Below, in pieces: positions 17,879 to 27,499 of a stretch of 53,488 bases of DNA; position 1 is the stretch's first letter, and each line of letters starts with the position of its first letter. The DNA is from a virus (Duplodnaviria > Caudoviricetes). The notes beneath the pieces were generated by a model that saw only the letters and a program-made list of their open reading frames with translations, did not search any database and was not told the origin of the DNA. The translations under genes were made by a program, and so were the position numbers. The stretch is from IMG/VR virus record IMGVR_UViG_3300020470_000011, positions 1-53,488 of that record. One strand, 5' to 3'.

Positions 17879-20059
17879 TTAACCACCCGCAGCGATTTTA
17901 GTCATATTAACTACAGGGAAATCATCGGATGCGGTTTCAAATCCGTTGACAACATAACTAAGGTCACCTGCTGAGGAATACACAAGTAGGTTTTGACCAG
18001 GACCCACTACTATAGAAGTATTCTTATCAGTTGTATTTGCAGCAAGTGCTTTATCATAAAATAGGTAATCCTCAGCATCAAAAATTCCAGTCTGGTCTGT
18101 ATGAATACCTGTGCTAATTGTTGCGACATCAAATGTCAAGTTAGCACCACCACCTCCTCCCAACTGGGAGTCATTAATTGTAAGAGTATCGGACGCAGCA
18201 TGACCATATCCACCATTTAATAGTGTGATAGTCGCTGCACCAGATCCATCTACCACTACAGTTACCTTAGTAGTTGTAAGATCTCCAGATCCACCTGTTG
18301 AGTTAGGTGAAATATTTGTGTAAGTACCTGCTGTCCTTGATGCATCAGCACCACCAACGTTATTAAACGTTAGCATCTTACCAGTCCTCACTGTCGTCAT
18401 GGTACGAGTACCATTGTTTAGTGTAGGAGTATCATAGAATGCGTCATTAACAGAGAATGCTTCTGACCCTTCTCCTAATGAAATCTTCAACTGACAGGTA
18501 TCTTTATTCCATGATTGGACAAACCCATAAGGTCCAGGAGTAACACCATTTGCTTGAATTGTTTGAGTAACAGCATTGATAGTAAACGTATCTGCTGCTG
18601 CAAGTGCTTCACCTTCCACATCATAGATGTATATCTCTGTATATGCAGGGTCAGCGTTAACAGTTGGGTTAAATCCAACGTCAAGTGTGGTGCCAGCAGG
18701 AGAACCATCTGCATATGCAAATAAGTTAGTCTGAGTTGTATCAGTAATCTCAATAGATGTATATGCTCCAGAAGTACCAGCAGTACCTACCTTACTAACT
18801 CCAGCAGTATATTCAGTACCTGACCCGTTAGGACCTTCAGAATCATCTGCAGAGAATTTTAGTGGATAGTTACTATTACTAGCATGCTCCAAATCATACT
18901 TATATGTCCTATCAATATTATATACAGGAGTCGTAGGTAAGATATGGTCTGTAGCATTAAGACCAGTCTCACTAACTACATATCTGTTATTAATAACTGC
19001 ACCAGATCCAGTATTAAATGCCAATACTGCAGAAGCATTAGATGCGGAACCAGTAATAGTCTCTGCCTCTGTCCAATAATTTAATAGATATACCCCATTA
19101 TCTGTTAATAGAGTTACAGTAACACCATTGTTATGGTCTACATCAGAAGTACCATAACGTGCTCTGCTAACAGTAAGGTCATTACCATTAACTGCAGTAA
19201 TCTCCAATAACTCATTATCAATAAGAATAATTCCACCAGAAATAAATCCAGTAGAATCAGCAACTGTTAGAGTGGTGTCACCAGCAACATAAGTTGCACC
19301 TTCATCAATCGTAGATGTAGTAGCAGATGCAGACCATGCATTAACTTGACTACCAGCAGGAATTGGTGCTGCAGTCGTGCCAAGTGCACTCCTTGTAATT
19401 GTTAATGTATTGTTAGCGGTATCAATACCTGAAGCATTAATAGTTACAATCTCAGTTGTAGCAGATGCTGCCTCTCCAATAGTGATATACATACCGTCAG
19501 CAAGACCAGTATTACGTGATATCTTTACAGATGTAGCAGCAGTATTTAACTCAGTATATTCAATATATGACTGTGTAGAACCTAGAATCCCTCTAAATGT
19601 AGCAGTTAAACCCGATGTTGATCCAGTAAGTGTCTCACCTCCTGAGAATGTGCCAGCAAGACTATCTGCTTGGAGTTGAGTCTGACTGATTGGTTTTACC
19701 TGCGTATAATAAGTGATGTCATCGGTTGGTTTAAAGACATCAAGAATCTTTGCAGTTGCATTATTAGTAGTATTAAATTGAGTGCCAGGAATAGCATCAG
19801 CAAGTTGGAATCCTGGGTTAAGAGTAATCTTATAAGCAGTAATAGGATTACCTTTAACAAACTTATATGTAGATGTATTCAGACCATCCAAATGCAGCAC
19901 TTGATCATAATCTCTAAGTGCAGCTCTATACGTTGCACCACTACCAGATTGATTACACACATTTAATACTGTGCTTCCTGTAACCGTAGTAGGTGTCCGA
20001 TATAAGACCGTATTTGTTGTTGCGCCTGGTTTATCGGCGGCTAATCTTCCTGCTGTCAT
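17879..20059 (-). CDS. virion structural protein
   Basis: 726 aa, Thr/Gly-rich beta modules (IDNE...V.R..GT...H). Confidence 0.75.
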   Translation of the reverse strand: MTAGRLAADKPGATTNTVLYRTPTTVTGSTVLNVCNQSGSGATYRAALRDYDQVLHLDGLNTSTYKFVKGNPITAYKITLNPGFQLADAIPGTQFNTTNNATAKILDVFKPTDDITYYTQVKPISQTQLQADSLAGTFSGGETLTGSTSGLTATFRGILGSTQSYIEYTELNTAATSVKISRNTGLADGMYITIGEAASATTEIVTINASGIDTANNTLTITRSALGTTAAPIPAGSQVNAWSASATTSTIDEGATYVAGDTTLTVADSTGFISGGIILIDNELLEITAVNGNDLTVSRARYGTSDVDHNNGVTVTLLTDNGVYLLNYWTEAETITGSASNASAVLAFNTGSGAVINNRYVVSETGLNATDHILPTTPVYNIDRTYKYDLEHASNSNYPLKFSADDSEGPNGSGTEYTAGVSKVGTAGTSGAYTSIEITDTTQTNLFAYADGSPAGTTLDVGFNPTVNADPAYTEIYIYDVEGEALAAADTFTINAVTQTIQANGVTPGPYGFVQSWNKDTCQLKISLGEGSEAFSVNDAFYDTPTLNNGTRTMTTVRTGKMLTFNNVGGADASRTAGTYTNISPNSTGGSGDLTTTKVTVVVDGSGAATITLLNGGYGHAASDTLTINDSQLGGGGGANLTFDVATISTGIHTDQTGIFDAEDYLFYDKALAANTTDKNTSIVVGPGQNLLVYSSAGDLSYVVNGFETASDDFPVVNMTKIAAGG

Positions 20060-20066
20060 TTGTTAA

Positions 20067-21410
20067 TTACCAACCTGCTTGAAAAAAGGATTGTAGTCTG
20101 AGTTGTCCTCCAAGGACAGGAGCTGAAATAGCACCACCAAAACTAATTGCTACAGCACTGATGTTATCAGTAGATAGCAACTGAGCATCACTATCAGGGA
20201 ATTGGATTTGCCTTGGGTTAGTGATGTTAGACATGTCAAAGGTGATGTCACCGTTGAGGTTGTCTGGATTATTTATCTTCACCAATTCCAGCGTTTTATT
20301 GTAGAGAGTTTGTGTCTTTCTCTCTGAAACTAATACGTTGGAAGCACCACCATTATTTAAGGGTGCAGTTGGTGTATCATCTGGGAAACTAAAGTCATAT
20401 GTTTGGTTATCCTCTATATTTGAAAGGTCAAATCTAATCTTCCTTCCATCACCATCTGCAGGGTCAGTATCTGAAAATACTGCTCCCTTATAAACTTTGT
20501 TAGTTAGAGTCTGTGTAGACTCAGTACCTACTACAGTAACATTCAAATCAGGAAAAACTACATTCCTATCTTGTGTTAAGTTAGAGGCATCGAAGATAAT
20601 ATAACGAGTAGGGTTATTTTCATCACTAGAAGGTGTATTTGAGAATGTGGGGTTAACCATATTCTTATTAAACACATTCTGACTTGTTATATCATCTAAT
20701 AGTGTAGATTGTGTCTGTGCAGCACCAAAGTCAGGTAGTTTATAAGTATGAGCACCTGGTGACTCCCATGAGTCAGTCTCAAACTTAGCAATCTTATCAG
20801 TTGCTGTAGATCCAGTGATCTGCAACTCAGCATCCTTGATAAGAATAGTCTTATTAGTTAACGTTTGGAATGTATCATTAGCAACTAATGTAGTAGATGT
20901 ATTAACACCAACATTAGGTAGATCAAAACGACGTGTGCCAGACTGTGTAGAAATTGTGTCAACGTTAAAGATTGCTCTCTTGGCAGGGTTTTGGTCACCT
21001 GCAATAATAAGGTTAACGTCTGTTTGAACTATCGGACCTGCAACTGTAAAGAATCCACTACCTTGTGGTTGTATCTCAATACTAGAAACTGCTGATGCAG
21101 TATCAATTGCTTTAATAAGCAATGTAGATGACCCATCAGTATTTGCTCTCCTACTATTGTAGAGAGATGCACTACCAAATGTTAATCCAATCTCATTGAT
21201 TGCAGATTGGTATATACCCGAATCTCGGTCAAGGTCAAATGCTACGCCTGGTGCTGTCGCTGATCCTGCACTAACTCCACGGAAAAGTTGATTAATCTTC
21301 GCTTTTCTATTTGGAATAAGAGGGTCAGAAATAACAATAGGCAAAATAGCTTCACCAGTTACCAAATCATTTGATATTGTCTCTAACTGGGATATTCTTT
21401 TAGTTGCCAC
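20067..21410 (-). CDS. virion structural/tail-fibre protein
   Basis: GTG start, KRISQL N-terminus, repeated QTLTNK motifs. Confidence 0.75.
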   Translation of the reverse strand: MATKRISQLETISNDLVTGEAILPIVISDPLIPNRKAKINQLFRGVSAGSATAPGVAFDLDRDSGIYQSAINEIGLTFGSASLYNSRRANTDGSSTLLIKAIDTASAVSSIEIQPQGSGFFTVAGPIVQTDVNLIIAGDQNPAKRAIFNVDTISTQSGTRRFDLPNVGVNTSTTLVANDTFQTLTNKTILIKDAELQITGSTATDKIAKFETDSWESPGAHTYKLPDFGAAQTQSTLLDDITSQNVFNKNMVNPTFSNTPSSDENNPTRYIIFDASNLTQDRNVVFPDLNVTVVGTESTQTLTNKVYKGAVFSDTDPADGDGRKIRFDLSNIEDNQTYDFSFPDDTPTAPLNNGGASNVLVSERKTQTLYNKTLELVKINNPDNLNGDITFDMSNITNPRQIQFPDSDAQLLSTDNISAVAISFGGAISAPVLGGQLRLQSFFQAGW

Positions 21411-21437
21411 AGAAATTCAACACAATTCTTACAGTTT

Positions 21438-21445
21438 TATTTATA
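21438..21445 (-). promoter_or_regulatory. T4-like late promoter
   Basis: Exact TATAAATA upstream of the structural operon. Confidence 0.65.
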
Positions 21446-21602
21446 CACCTTTAGGACTAGCCCTTGCCTTATTCCTTATAACTATACAGTCGTTAGTGTA
21501 ATCTACGGAAAAATCCAATTCATCATCGGGATCCCACATAAGTTCTTCGTACATTGCGTTCAACTTTTCCATATCTTCCCATAACGCATTTGGATTAGGC
21601 AT
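21441..21602 (-). CDS. small acidic hypothetical protein (53 aa)
   Basis: Hand-translated MPNPNALWEDMEKLNAMYEELMWDPDDELDFSVDYTNDCIVIRNKARASPKGV; AGGA RBS. Confidence 0.7.
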   Translation of the reverse strand: MPNPNALWEDMEKLNAMYEELMWDPDDELDFSVDYTNDCIVIRNKARASPKGV

Positions 21603-21656
21603 AATTTCCTAGGCAATAATTTTTGTTAAAATATCCTGGATCCAGGACTGTAGTCT

Positions 21657-21664
21657 TATAAATA
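21657..21664 (+). promoter_or_regulatory. T4-like late promoter
   Basis: Exact TATAAATA. Confidence 0.6.
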
Positions 21665-21738
21665 ATGGTAAGACGAGGAGAAAAACCATGAGTTAAAACC
21701 CCCTAATACATTATGAATTTTAAACTTCGGAGGGATTA

Positions 21739-21906
21739 ATGCATAACCTAAAATCACAAAATCAATTATCTGAGTGGAATCACTTAATTAGCAATGACTA
21801 TTGCATGACGGCAACACAACAAGAGTTACAAAATGACTACTTCGAGTGTATGGTAGAAAGCAGTAGTTATGAGCAGGAAAAGATATGTAGACAATTGCTT
21901 TGCTAG
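21739..21906 (+). CDS. small Cys-containing protein (55 aa)
   Basis: Hand-translated MHNLKSQNQLSEWNHLISNDYCMTATQQELQNDYFECMVESSSYEQEKICRQLLC; GGAGG RBS; own promoter and terminator. Confidence 0.75.
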   Translation: MHNLKSQNQLSEWNHLISNDYCMTATQQELQNDYFECMVESSSYEQEKICRQLLC

Positions 21907-21953
21907 AGTGATTCAACCTTAATCGCAAGATAACAGTGATTACTTAATCTCTC

Positions 21954-21978
21954 AAACCACCCCTTCGGGGGTGGTTTT
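21954..21978. terminator. bidirectional intrinsic terminator
   Basis: AAACCACCCC-TTCG-GGGGTGGTTT, perfect 10-bp stem with UUCG loop between convergent genes. Confidence 0.85.
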
Positions 21979-21981
21979 CTA

Positions 21982-22176
21982 TTAGTAATATGTAATTGGG
22001 TCTTGCACTTGTACCTCAATTGCATCAAATAGTCTGTTCAATGAATTTGAAAACTGTCTGTATCCTGATCCAACATATAATTGCCCAACGAATACTGATA
22101 CAGTAGCTACACCCCAGAAGATATAATAAAACCTACTCTTCACCTGTGCTCTTCGTTTCTCGCTCTTTAATGTCAT
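21982..22176 (-). CDS. small membrane protein
   Basis: Basic N-terminus followed by a TM segment (FYYIFWGVATVSVFVG). Confidence 0.7.
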   Translation of the reverse strand: MTLKSEKRRAQVKSRFYYIFWGVATVSVFVGQLYVGSGYRQFSNSLNRLFDAIEVQVQDPITYY

Positions 22177-22276
22177 CTTCGTCTCGATTTCGCCTCACTA
22201 TTCTATCATATTCTGCTGCATTGTCAATGATGGACTTTTTCAAGTCCTCTAAATCCCATTTAATTTCCTCGGTCAT
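22133..22276 (-). CDS. small hypothetical protein (47 aa)
   Basis: Hand-translated MTEEIKWDLEDLKKSIIDNAAEYDRIVRR...; ATGA overlap with the upstream gene. Confidence 0.55.
   Translation of the reverse strand: MTEEIKWDLEDLKKSIIDNAAEYDRIVRRNRDEDDIKERETKSTGEE
22200..22227 (-). promoter_or_regulatory. sigma70-type promoter
   Basis: TTGACA-16 nt-TAGAAT upstream of 22176. Confidence 0.5.
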
Positions 22277-22728
22277 AGTTGGAGTCCAGAAAAACTTAAA
22301 GACACCCTAGGACAATGACCTTTTGGATTATGATATACCCCTTCAGGTATATAAATGGCATCTCCTGGGGTTAGTCTATATTCTTTACCATCATCAAAAC
22401 CATAACTAGTCTCTCCAATTGCTTGAACAATTAACACATCAGTGTTATCATTATGTCTACCGAATGTCTCACTCATTAAAGAATATGACACATAAGTATG
22501 TAGACATTTCATTCTATAGTCTTTATATACTTTCTCACAAATAGGCAAAAACGAGGGTGGCCTATAGGTCCCCTCGCCAATAATTGTTGGAATAAAATTC
22601 TCTAGCATTGGTTTCTGAGTATACCCCCAGAAACCACTTATTGCATCTTCATCAATTTTAGAAATAGCATCGGCCCAAGATATATTAATCTCAGGAAAAT
22701 AATCCTTCTTAAACTTATACATTGTCAA
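22273..22728 (-). CDS. minimal JmjC/cupin oxygenase
   Basis: FGRHNDNTDVLIVQAIG...LTPGDAIYIPEGVYH...RVSLSF. Confidence 0.8.
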   Translation of the reverse strand: MTMYKFKKDYFPEINISWADAISKIDEDAISGFWGYTQKPMLENFIPTIIGEGTYRPPSFLPICEKVYKDYRMKCLHTYVSYSLMSETFGRHNDNTDVLIVQAIGETSYGFDDGKEYRLTPGDAIYIPEGVYHNPKGHCPRVSLSFSGLQL

Positions 22729-23443
22729 TGCGATCTAAATCCTTTCCAACTCTACCACGTGATGCAAATTCTGCAACTGATGGTGGAGTAAAGACCTTAG
22801 ACCTCTGCACTGCTTCCCAATCCTTATCGAAAATCTCTAGTCCTTTATCAGTAAGGACATGATTATACATTCCCTCAAAGATTTTAGGTGGCATAGTGAC
22901 TACGTGAGCACCATTCCAGAATGACCTAGTTACCTTATATACATCACGAATAGATGCAGATAAGATTTGAGTCTGGACATTGTGCACTCGATATACTTCA
23001 CTTATTGAGCGGACAATCTCCAATCCAGCAACAGAATTATCGTCCAACCTCCCAACAAAAGGAGAGACGTACGTAGCACCTGCCTTTGATGCAAGTATAG
23101 CCTGAGCTGCGTTAAAGATGAGCGTAACATTGACTTTAATTCCATTATTTGATAATACTTTACATGCAGCGAGTCCTCCTCGTGTGCATGGGACTTTAAT
23201 TGTAGCAACTTCTCCAAACTTTTGAGAAAGTCGTTTACCTTCTGCAACCATCTCATTACCATCACCCACTACTTCCATAGAGATATCTGGTAATCCGATG
23301 TCTACAATTTCTTGATAGACATCTTCAGGGTCTTGGCCACTCTTCATAATGAGTGTAGGATTTGTTGTTACTCCATCAACTAATCCTGTAGCGAAATGTT
23401 TACGAATTACTGCAGTGTCAGCTGTGTCGAGGAAGATTTTCAT
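22715..23443 (-). CDS. talC: transaldolase (TalC/FSA family)
   Basis: MKIFLDTAD, GVTTNPTL, IKVP Schiff-base Lys, VNVTLIF, YVSPFVGRLDD. Confidence 0.97.
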   Translation of the reverse strand: MKIFLDTADTAVIRKHFATGLVDGVTTNPTLIMKSGQDPEDVYQEIVDIGLPDISMEVVGDGNEMVAEGKRLSQKFGEVATIKVPCTRGGLAACKVLSNNGIKVNVTLIFNAAQAILASKAGATYVSPFVGRLDDNSVAGLEIVRSISEVYRVHNVQTQILSASIRDVYKVTRSFWNGAHVVTMPPKIFEGMYNHVLTDKGLEIFDKDWEAVQRSKVFTPPSVAEFASRGRVGKDLDRIDNV

Positions 23444-23549
23444 TTTGTTTGTTTATAAAAGCACGTAGTTCAGGAGTCTCATCCCACTCCCATAGGGTTT
23501 TTCGGCCTTTGGAGTCAATTTGCTCCCAAGATTTCTTTACGATATTCAA
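23418..23549 (-). CDS. small hypothetical protein (43 aa)
   Basis: Hand-translated, TTG start: MNIVKKSWEQIDSKGRKTLWEWDETPELRAFINK...; fills the gap. Confidence 0.45.
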   Translation of the reverse strand: MNIVKKSWEQIDSKGRKTLWEWDETPELRAFINKQNENLPRHS

Positions 23550-23551
23550 TT

Positions 23552-23818
23552 TCATTCCCTTACCTCATGAAAGTTTTCTACCCAGTCGCTTAGGTCATAT
23601 AGTATAGGATGGCATTCCTCTTCAACAAGGTATCCACTTAACCTATACATGTCTTGTAAAGTATAGGACTGATTCTTCTCAGCGTCAAGCCCTACCTCTT
23701 CCAACTGTTGCACTGCGACAGGAAGTTCTTCAAAAGTAAAAGGAATCCCTTGTATGTACCACATGTCAACTATTTCTTCATTTAGATAACAATAGTTGTG
23801 TGTGATACGTACCTTCAT
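23552..23818 (-). CDS. hypothetical protein
   Basis: 88 aa; MWYIQGIPFTFEEL...EECHP. Confidence 0.7.
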   Translation of the reverse strand: MKVRITHNYCYLNEEIVDMWYIQGIPFTFEELPVAVQQLEEVGLDAEKNQSYTLQDMYRLSGYLVEEECHPILYDLSDWVENFHEVRE

Positions 23819-24075
23819 CGGAAATCCTGTGTCATCTCCTGAAGTGATTGGTCTACAAACTGACGTGTCCCCACTGGGTCTGGGACAAACTCTTCAGGTT
23901 TTGGAATATTTAGCTCTGGCGTTTCAGGGTCTTCAGCTACTGAAGCAACTGGTGACACAAGCAGGATGATTCCACTAGGAGTGGTAATTTTAAGGGTATG
24001 ACCCTTAGATGCCAAACTCAAAGAGAAATCAGTATTCTTAGTAAATTCTTCTTGCGATAATGTGATGATATTCAT
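23815..24075 (-). CDS. hypothetical protein
   Basis: 86 aa, ATGA-coupled. Confidence 0.7.
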   Translation of the reverse strand: MNIITLSQEEFTKNTDFSLSLASKGHTLKITTPSGIILLVSPVASVAEDPETPELNIPKPEEFVPDPVGTRQFVDQSLQEMTQDFR

Positions 24076-24278
24076 GGTAAATACGTTATCATGTCCTCTG
24101 GAATATGATCCTTAAAGGTGGCTAGAGTCTCAGTAAAACCTTCTGCACCTTCCTCATCAAATTTCCAACATACTGTCTCATCGGCACCCTCATGATCCAT
24201 TATCTTAACTTGTCTCTTGGGGACATTGACCCAGATATGCTCCAGATAGGTGTCTGTGTCTCCTGTTATGTCTGCCAT
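24072..24278 (-). CDS. hypothetical protein
   Basis: 68 aa with GGAG RBS. Confidence 0.7.
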   Translation of the reverse strand: MADITGDTDTYLEHIWVNVPKRQVKIMDHEGADETVCWKFDEEGAEGFTETLATFKDHIPEDMITYLP

Positions 24279-24306
24279 AAAAAGGGATACTCCATTACTT
24301 CCGTCT

Positions 24307-24335
24307 ATTATACACTAGTTCAGCAAGACTGGCAA
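24307..24335 (-). promoter_or_regulatory. sigma70-type promoter
   Basis: TTGCCA-17 nt-TATAAT heading the operon that includes talC. Confidence 0.7.
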
Positions 24336-27026
24336 GCCATAGATTTGGGTGGGTCCAAAGGCACAACCCAACGCTGTGTATCCCGTTGCTGTCGAATATG
24401 ACGACATCCCAGTCACCACTTGGTTTATGATGGATCCTGAAGGGACAAACTCAGCGACTACACCCGTTGGTGCAGCTATGAAAGTGGCATGTAATCCATT
24501 TGTACTACCAGCAAGGATGTCTGCCATACTACATGGGACAGTTGTACCAATAGAAATTCTAACCTGTGATGGCGGTGCCACTGCAGGGAATGGTAAGTCG
24601 CATGTGATATCAACGATAGCACCCTTAACAATAGTAAACTGACCAGTTAATGCTGCAAATGGATTGAATAGAGCAATAAACTCAAATCTACCAGCATTTA
24701 GGAATGATGTAATCCAGTTTGCTTGGTTGACTATCTCACCATCAGCGATGTTTTCAATAGTATTACCCTCAATCTTAACGTTTTGAGAGTTTAACATCAA
24801 TGATTCAATACCAGCGACACTAACCTTAGCACCTTGTATCTTAACCTCACCAGTATATGCTATATCATGGTCTCCTTCCTTTCTAGCAGCAGACTTCTGC
24901 TCTGTAGAATCTTTAAGGTCACCTGACAATTGAGGACCATAACGTGTCCTACCCATGTGGTCAGCACCTGCAGGGAATGGAATCTGATCTACTGGATAGA
25001 AACCACCTAGGTTATCTCTCTTAAGAATTATTTCTCTCTGTCTATCAATACTTGATTTGTATAGGTCTGATGAAGAATCTGCTGCTGCTGACTGGTCTAA
25101 GGTACCTTGATCAACCTGACCAGAAGTAACATTAGTATCTACAGTATCTAAAGCACCACCTGTGCTATCTGTGTCAGGTGTCTTAGATGATCCCTCTGCA
25201 TCTGACTGTGGACCTTGAGAGTTGTGCTCATTCTTAGACCCTGATACCTCTTCATGGAAGTTACCCATGACCTTAAGATAGAAGTCACCCTCAACTGTTA
25301 GAGTATAGTTACCCTTAATAGTCTCACACTTATCCTTAGCAATAATCTTAGTCTGGTTGTTTGGTACATTAATATGCTCGTTACCATAACCATCTTGGAA
25401 ACTGGTTACACCTCCAGGACCAGATATAATTGACTTCTCTTTACCTGGCGTAGCATCATGTATCTGTCTAGCACCATTCAATGAGGATGATACCTGCATT
25501 AATTCAGGTACAATACCATTGAACATCTTATCAATATAACTTGTCCCTTCGTTTATCTTATCAGTAACAGTATTAACTCCTCCAATTATCTGGTCATATA
25601 AACCATCAACACTCTGATATGGAGTACCTTTAACAGCATCAGTTATATTATCACACTCTGTGGTACCTATGAGTGGGAACCACATCTTAGACTTCGGACG
25701 TTTTATCTTCCTGTTACAACTCTTCTTAAATAGTGCTCCTAGAATAGCAAGAAGGATTTGAATTAGACTTCCCCAATCTAATGAAGTGAAGTCAAATTCC
25801 ATAATCATGCTAACAGTATCACCTAGAGATCTAGCAGCACCTGCCAAACCCTTAGCAGCACTAACAGCACTAATAACATCACCTGCTACATCTCTTACAC
25901 GATTCATTGCAGATGTAATACCCTGAAGGATGCGGTTGCTTAATCCTTTAACAGCAGAATCAATTGCTTGACCGATCGCACTGCTGGCAATTTTATCGAC
26001 AGCAAGGCTAGCCATTTGGTTAGCAAAGTTTGCCGTGTCCGATAATGCCGACTGCACCAGTCCTAACCACATTGGTTTCTTAGCACAGAATAAATCAAAT
26101 ATCTGTGACAAGAATGCCATCAACATATTGATGACTGCAATAGGCACGAATTGAGATACAATCTTAACTACAATTGCTACCACCTCAGCGATTAACTTCG
26201 CTAACATTTCCTTCAGAGGTGCTAGGATACCAGATATACCACTAGATAAGAAATTCATCACCTTACCTAGGTGCTCTCTTACCTTATCTCCTGCCATCTT
26301 ATTGCCAGTGATAACACTGACGAAACCACCAGGACCAGAGCCCATAGCAGATGCCATCTCACCTAACTCAGTAAGCATCCTTGTTAGGTCAGTTTCAAAT
26401 CCTTTACCTGATGGACCTGCAACACCATCAGCAATACCGTTACCATTAACAGGTGGTTTAATTGGGTTGGTTACTGCATTACCAGGTACAGTCTGCTCTG
26501 CTGTGTTAATACCACCACCACGTGCTTCTTCAATAGCACCAGTAGAAGTAGCAGGTGTCTGACTTTGTACCTTAGGGAATGGGTTTCCTGATTTATCTTG
26601 TTGTCCAGCAAGTGTCTTCTGTGCTGGTGTATCAGTCTTTAATTCTTCTGCTTCTGCAGGATCTGCCAGTGTAGTATCTTTCTCACCTTCTAACTGCTGG
26701 AATCCTCTAAATGCACCCAATACACAAGGTAACTGTGCTTCTTCACCATCAAGGAAGAAACCTAATACCCATGCTCCTGGTTGTAATTCTGTTGTAGTAC
26801 CTGTACCTTTAGTCTGTGCTTTATCTGTAGGTAGAAGCACAGTAGCCCACGGTAAGATTGATGTAGGTAACTCTTTAAGATATGCTTTCTTACTCTCAAC
26901 ACCTGTATACCAACCAAGAATACGCACCTTAACACGACCCAGTTTGGAGGGGTCTTTATTAGACTCAACCTCTCCAACCCACCAAGTGTATTGGTCTCTT
27001 CCTAAGTAGTCGGTTTTAGCAGCCAT
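24315..27026 (-). CDS. gp5: baseplate hub subunit / tail spike (T4 gp5-like)
   Basis: WWVGEVE..DP.KLGRVKVRILG..LPWA..VLGFFLDG OB domain; beta-helix repeats ETIKGNYTLTVEGD. Confidence 0.9.
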   Translation of the reverse strand: MAAKTDYLGRDQYTWWVGEVESNKDPSKLGRVKVRILGWYTGVESKKAYLKELPTSILPWATVLLPTDKAQTKGTGTTTELQPGAWVLGFFLDGEEAQLPCVLGAFRGFQQLEGEKDTTLADPAEAEELKTDTPAQKTLAGQQDKSGNPFPKVQSQTPATSTGAIEEARGGGINTAEQTVPGNAVTNPIKPPVNGNGIADGVAGPSGKGFETDLTRMLTELGEMASAMGSGPGGFVSVITGNKMAGDKVREHLGKVMNFLSSGISGILAPLKEMLAKLIAEVVAIVVKIVSQFVPIAVINMLMAFLSQIFDLFCAKKPMWLGLVQSALSDTANFANQMASLAVDKIASSAIGQAIDSAVKGLSNRILQGITSAMNRVRDVAGDVISAVSAAKGLAGAARSLGDTVSMIMEFDFTSLDWGSLIQILLAILGALFKKSCNRKIKRPKSKMWFPLIGTTECDNITDAVKGTPYQSVDGLYDQIIGGVNTVTDKINEGTSYIDKMFNGIVPELMQVSSSLNGARQIHDATPGKEKSIISGPGGVTSFQDGYGNEHINVPNNQTKIIAKDKCETIKGNYTLTVEGDFYLKVMGNFHEEVSGSKNEHNSQGPQSDAEGSSKTPDTDSTGGALDTVDTNVTSGQVDQGTLDQSAAADSSSDLYKSSIDRQREIILKRDNLGGFYPVDQIPFPAGADHMGRTRYGPQLSGDLKDSTEQKSAARKEGDHDIAYTGEVKIQGAKVSVAGIESLMLNSQNVKIEGNTIENIADGEIVNQANWITSFLNAGRFEFIALFNPFAALTGQFTIVKGAIVDITCDLPFPAVAPPSQVRISIGTTVPCSMADILAGSTNGLHATFIAAPTGVVAEFVPSGSIINQVVTGMSSYSTATGYTALGCAFGPTQIYGLPVLLN

Positions 27027-27043
27027 AGTATATTGGTTTACTT

Positions 27044-27499
27044 TTATTTATCGATCAACACGAAAAGAAATTCTCCATCAGCAGGATCTTTACCATATAC
27101 TTGTTTACCAGTTGTGATATCATATCCTACATCTTTAGCCCTATAATCAACACCATTAAATCTAATAGTAGATTCTATTCTGGTGTTCCCTTGAAGACAT
27201 TCTCCATCAGTGCATCCATTCCACCAAACTCCGTCATATTGCCAAATGAAAGGACAGGAAGGACGATTAGTGATAAGATTAGTAGTTTTAGTATAAACGA
27301 TGTTTTCATCTAACTGTTGCCAATCATATTGAATATGATTATATGGATCACTCTCACCCTTATACTTATACCATGACTTAACAGTCATAATATTATGAGT
27401 ATTCTCTATTCTAATATCAATCTGAGGCCATGATGCAGGATTAGAAAATGCTTGTTTCTGATTCCTATAATGACCTACCGCTTCATCAAATCGCATCAA
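27044..27499 (-). CDS. cpeT: phycobiliprotein lyase, CpeT/CpcT-like
   Basis: GHYRNQKQAFSNPASW N-terminal motif and D.G.D..G.QVYG C-terminal motif. Confidence 0.8.
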   Translation of the reverse strand: MMRFDEAVGHYRNQKQAFSNPASWPQIDIRIENTHNIMTVKSWYKYKGESDPYNHIQYDWQQLDENIVYTKTTNLITNRPSCPFIWQYDGVWWNGCTDGECLQGNTRIESTIRFNGVDYRAKDVGYDITTGKQVYGKDPADGEFLFVLIDK

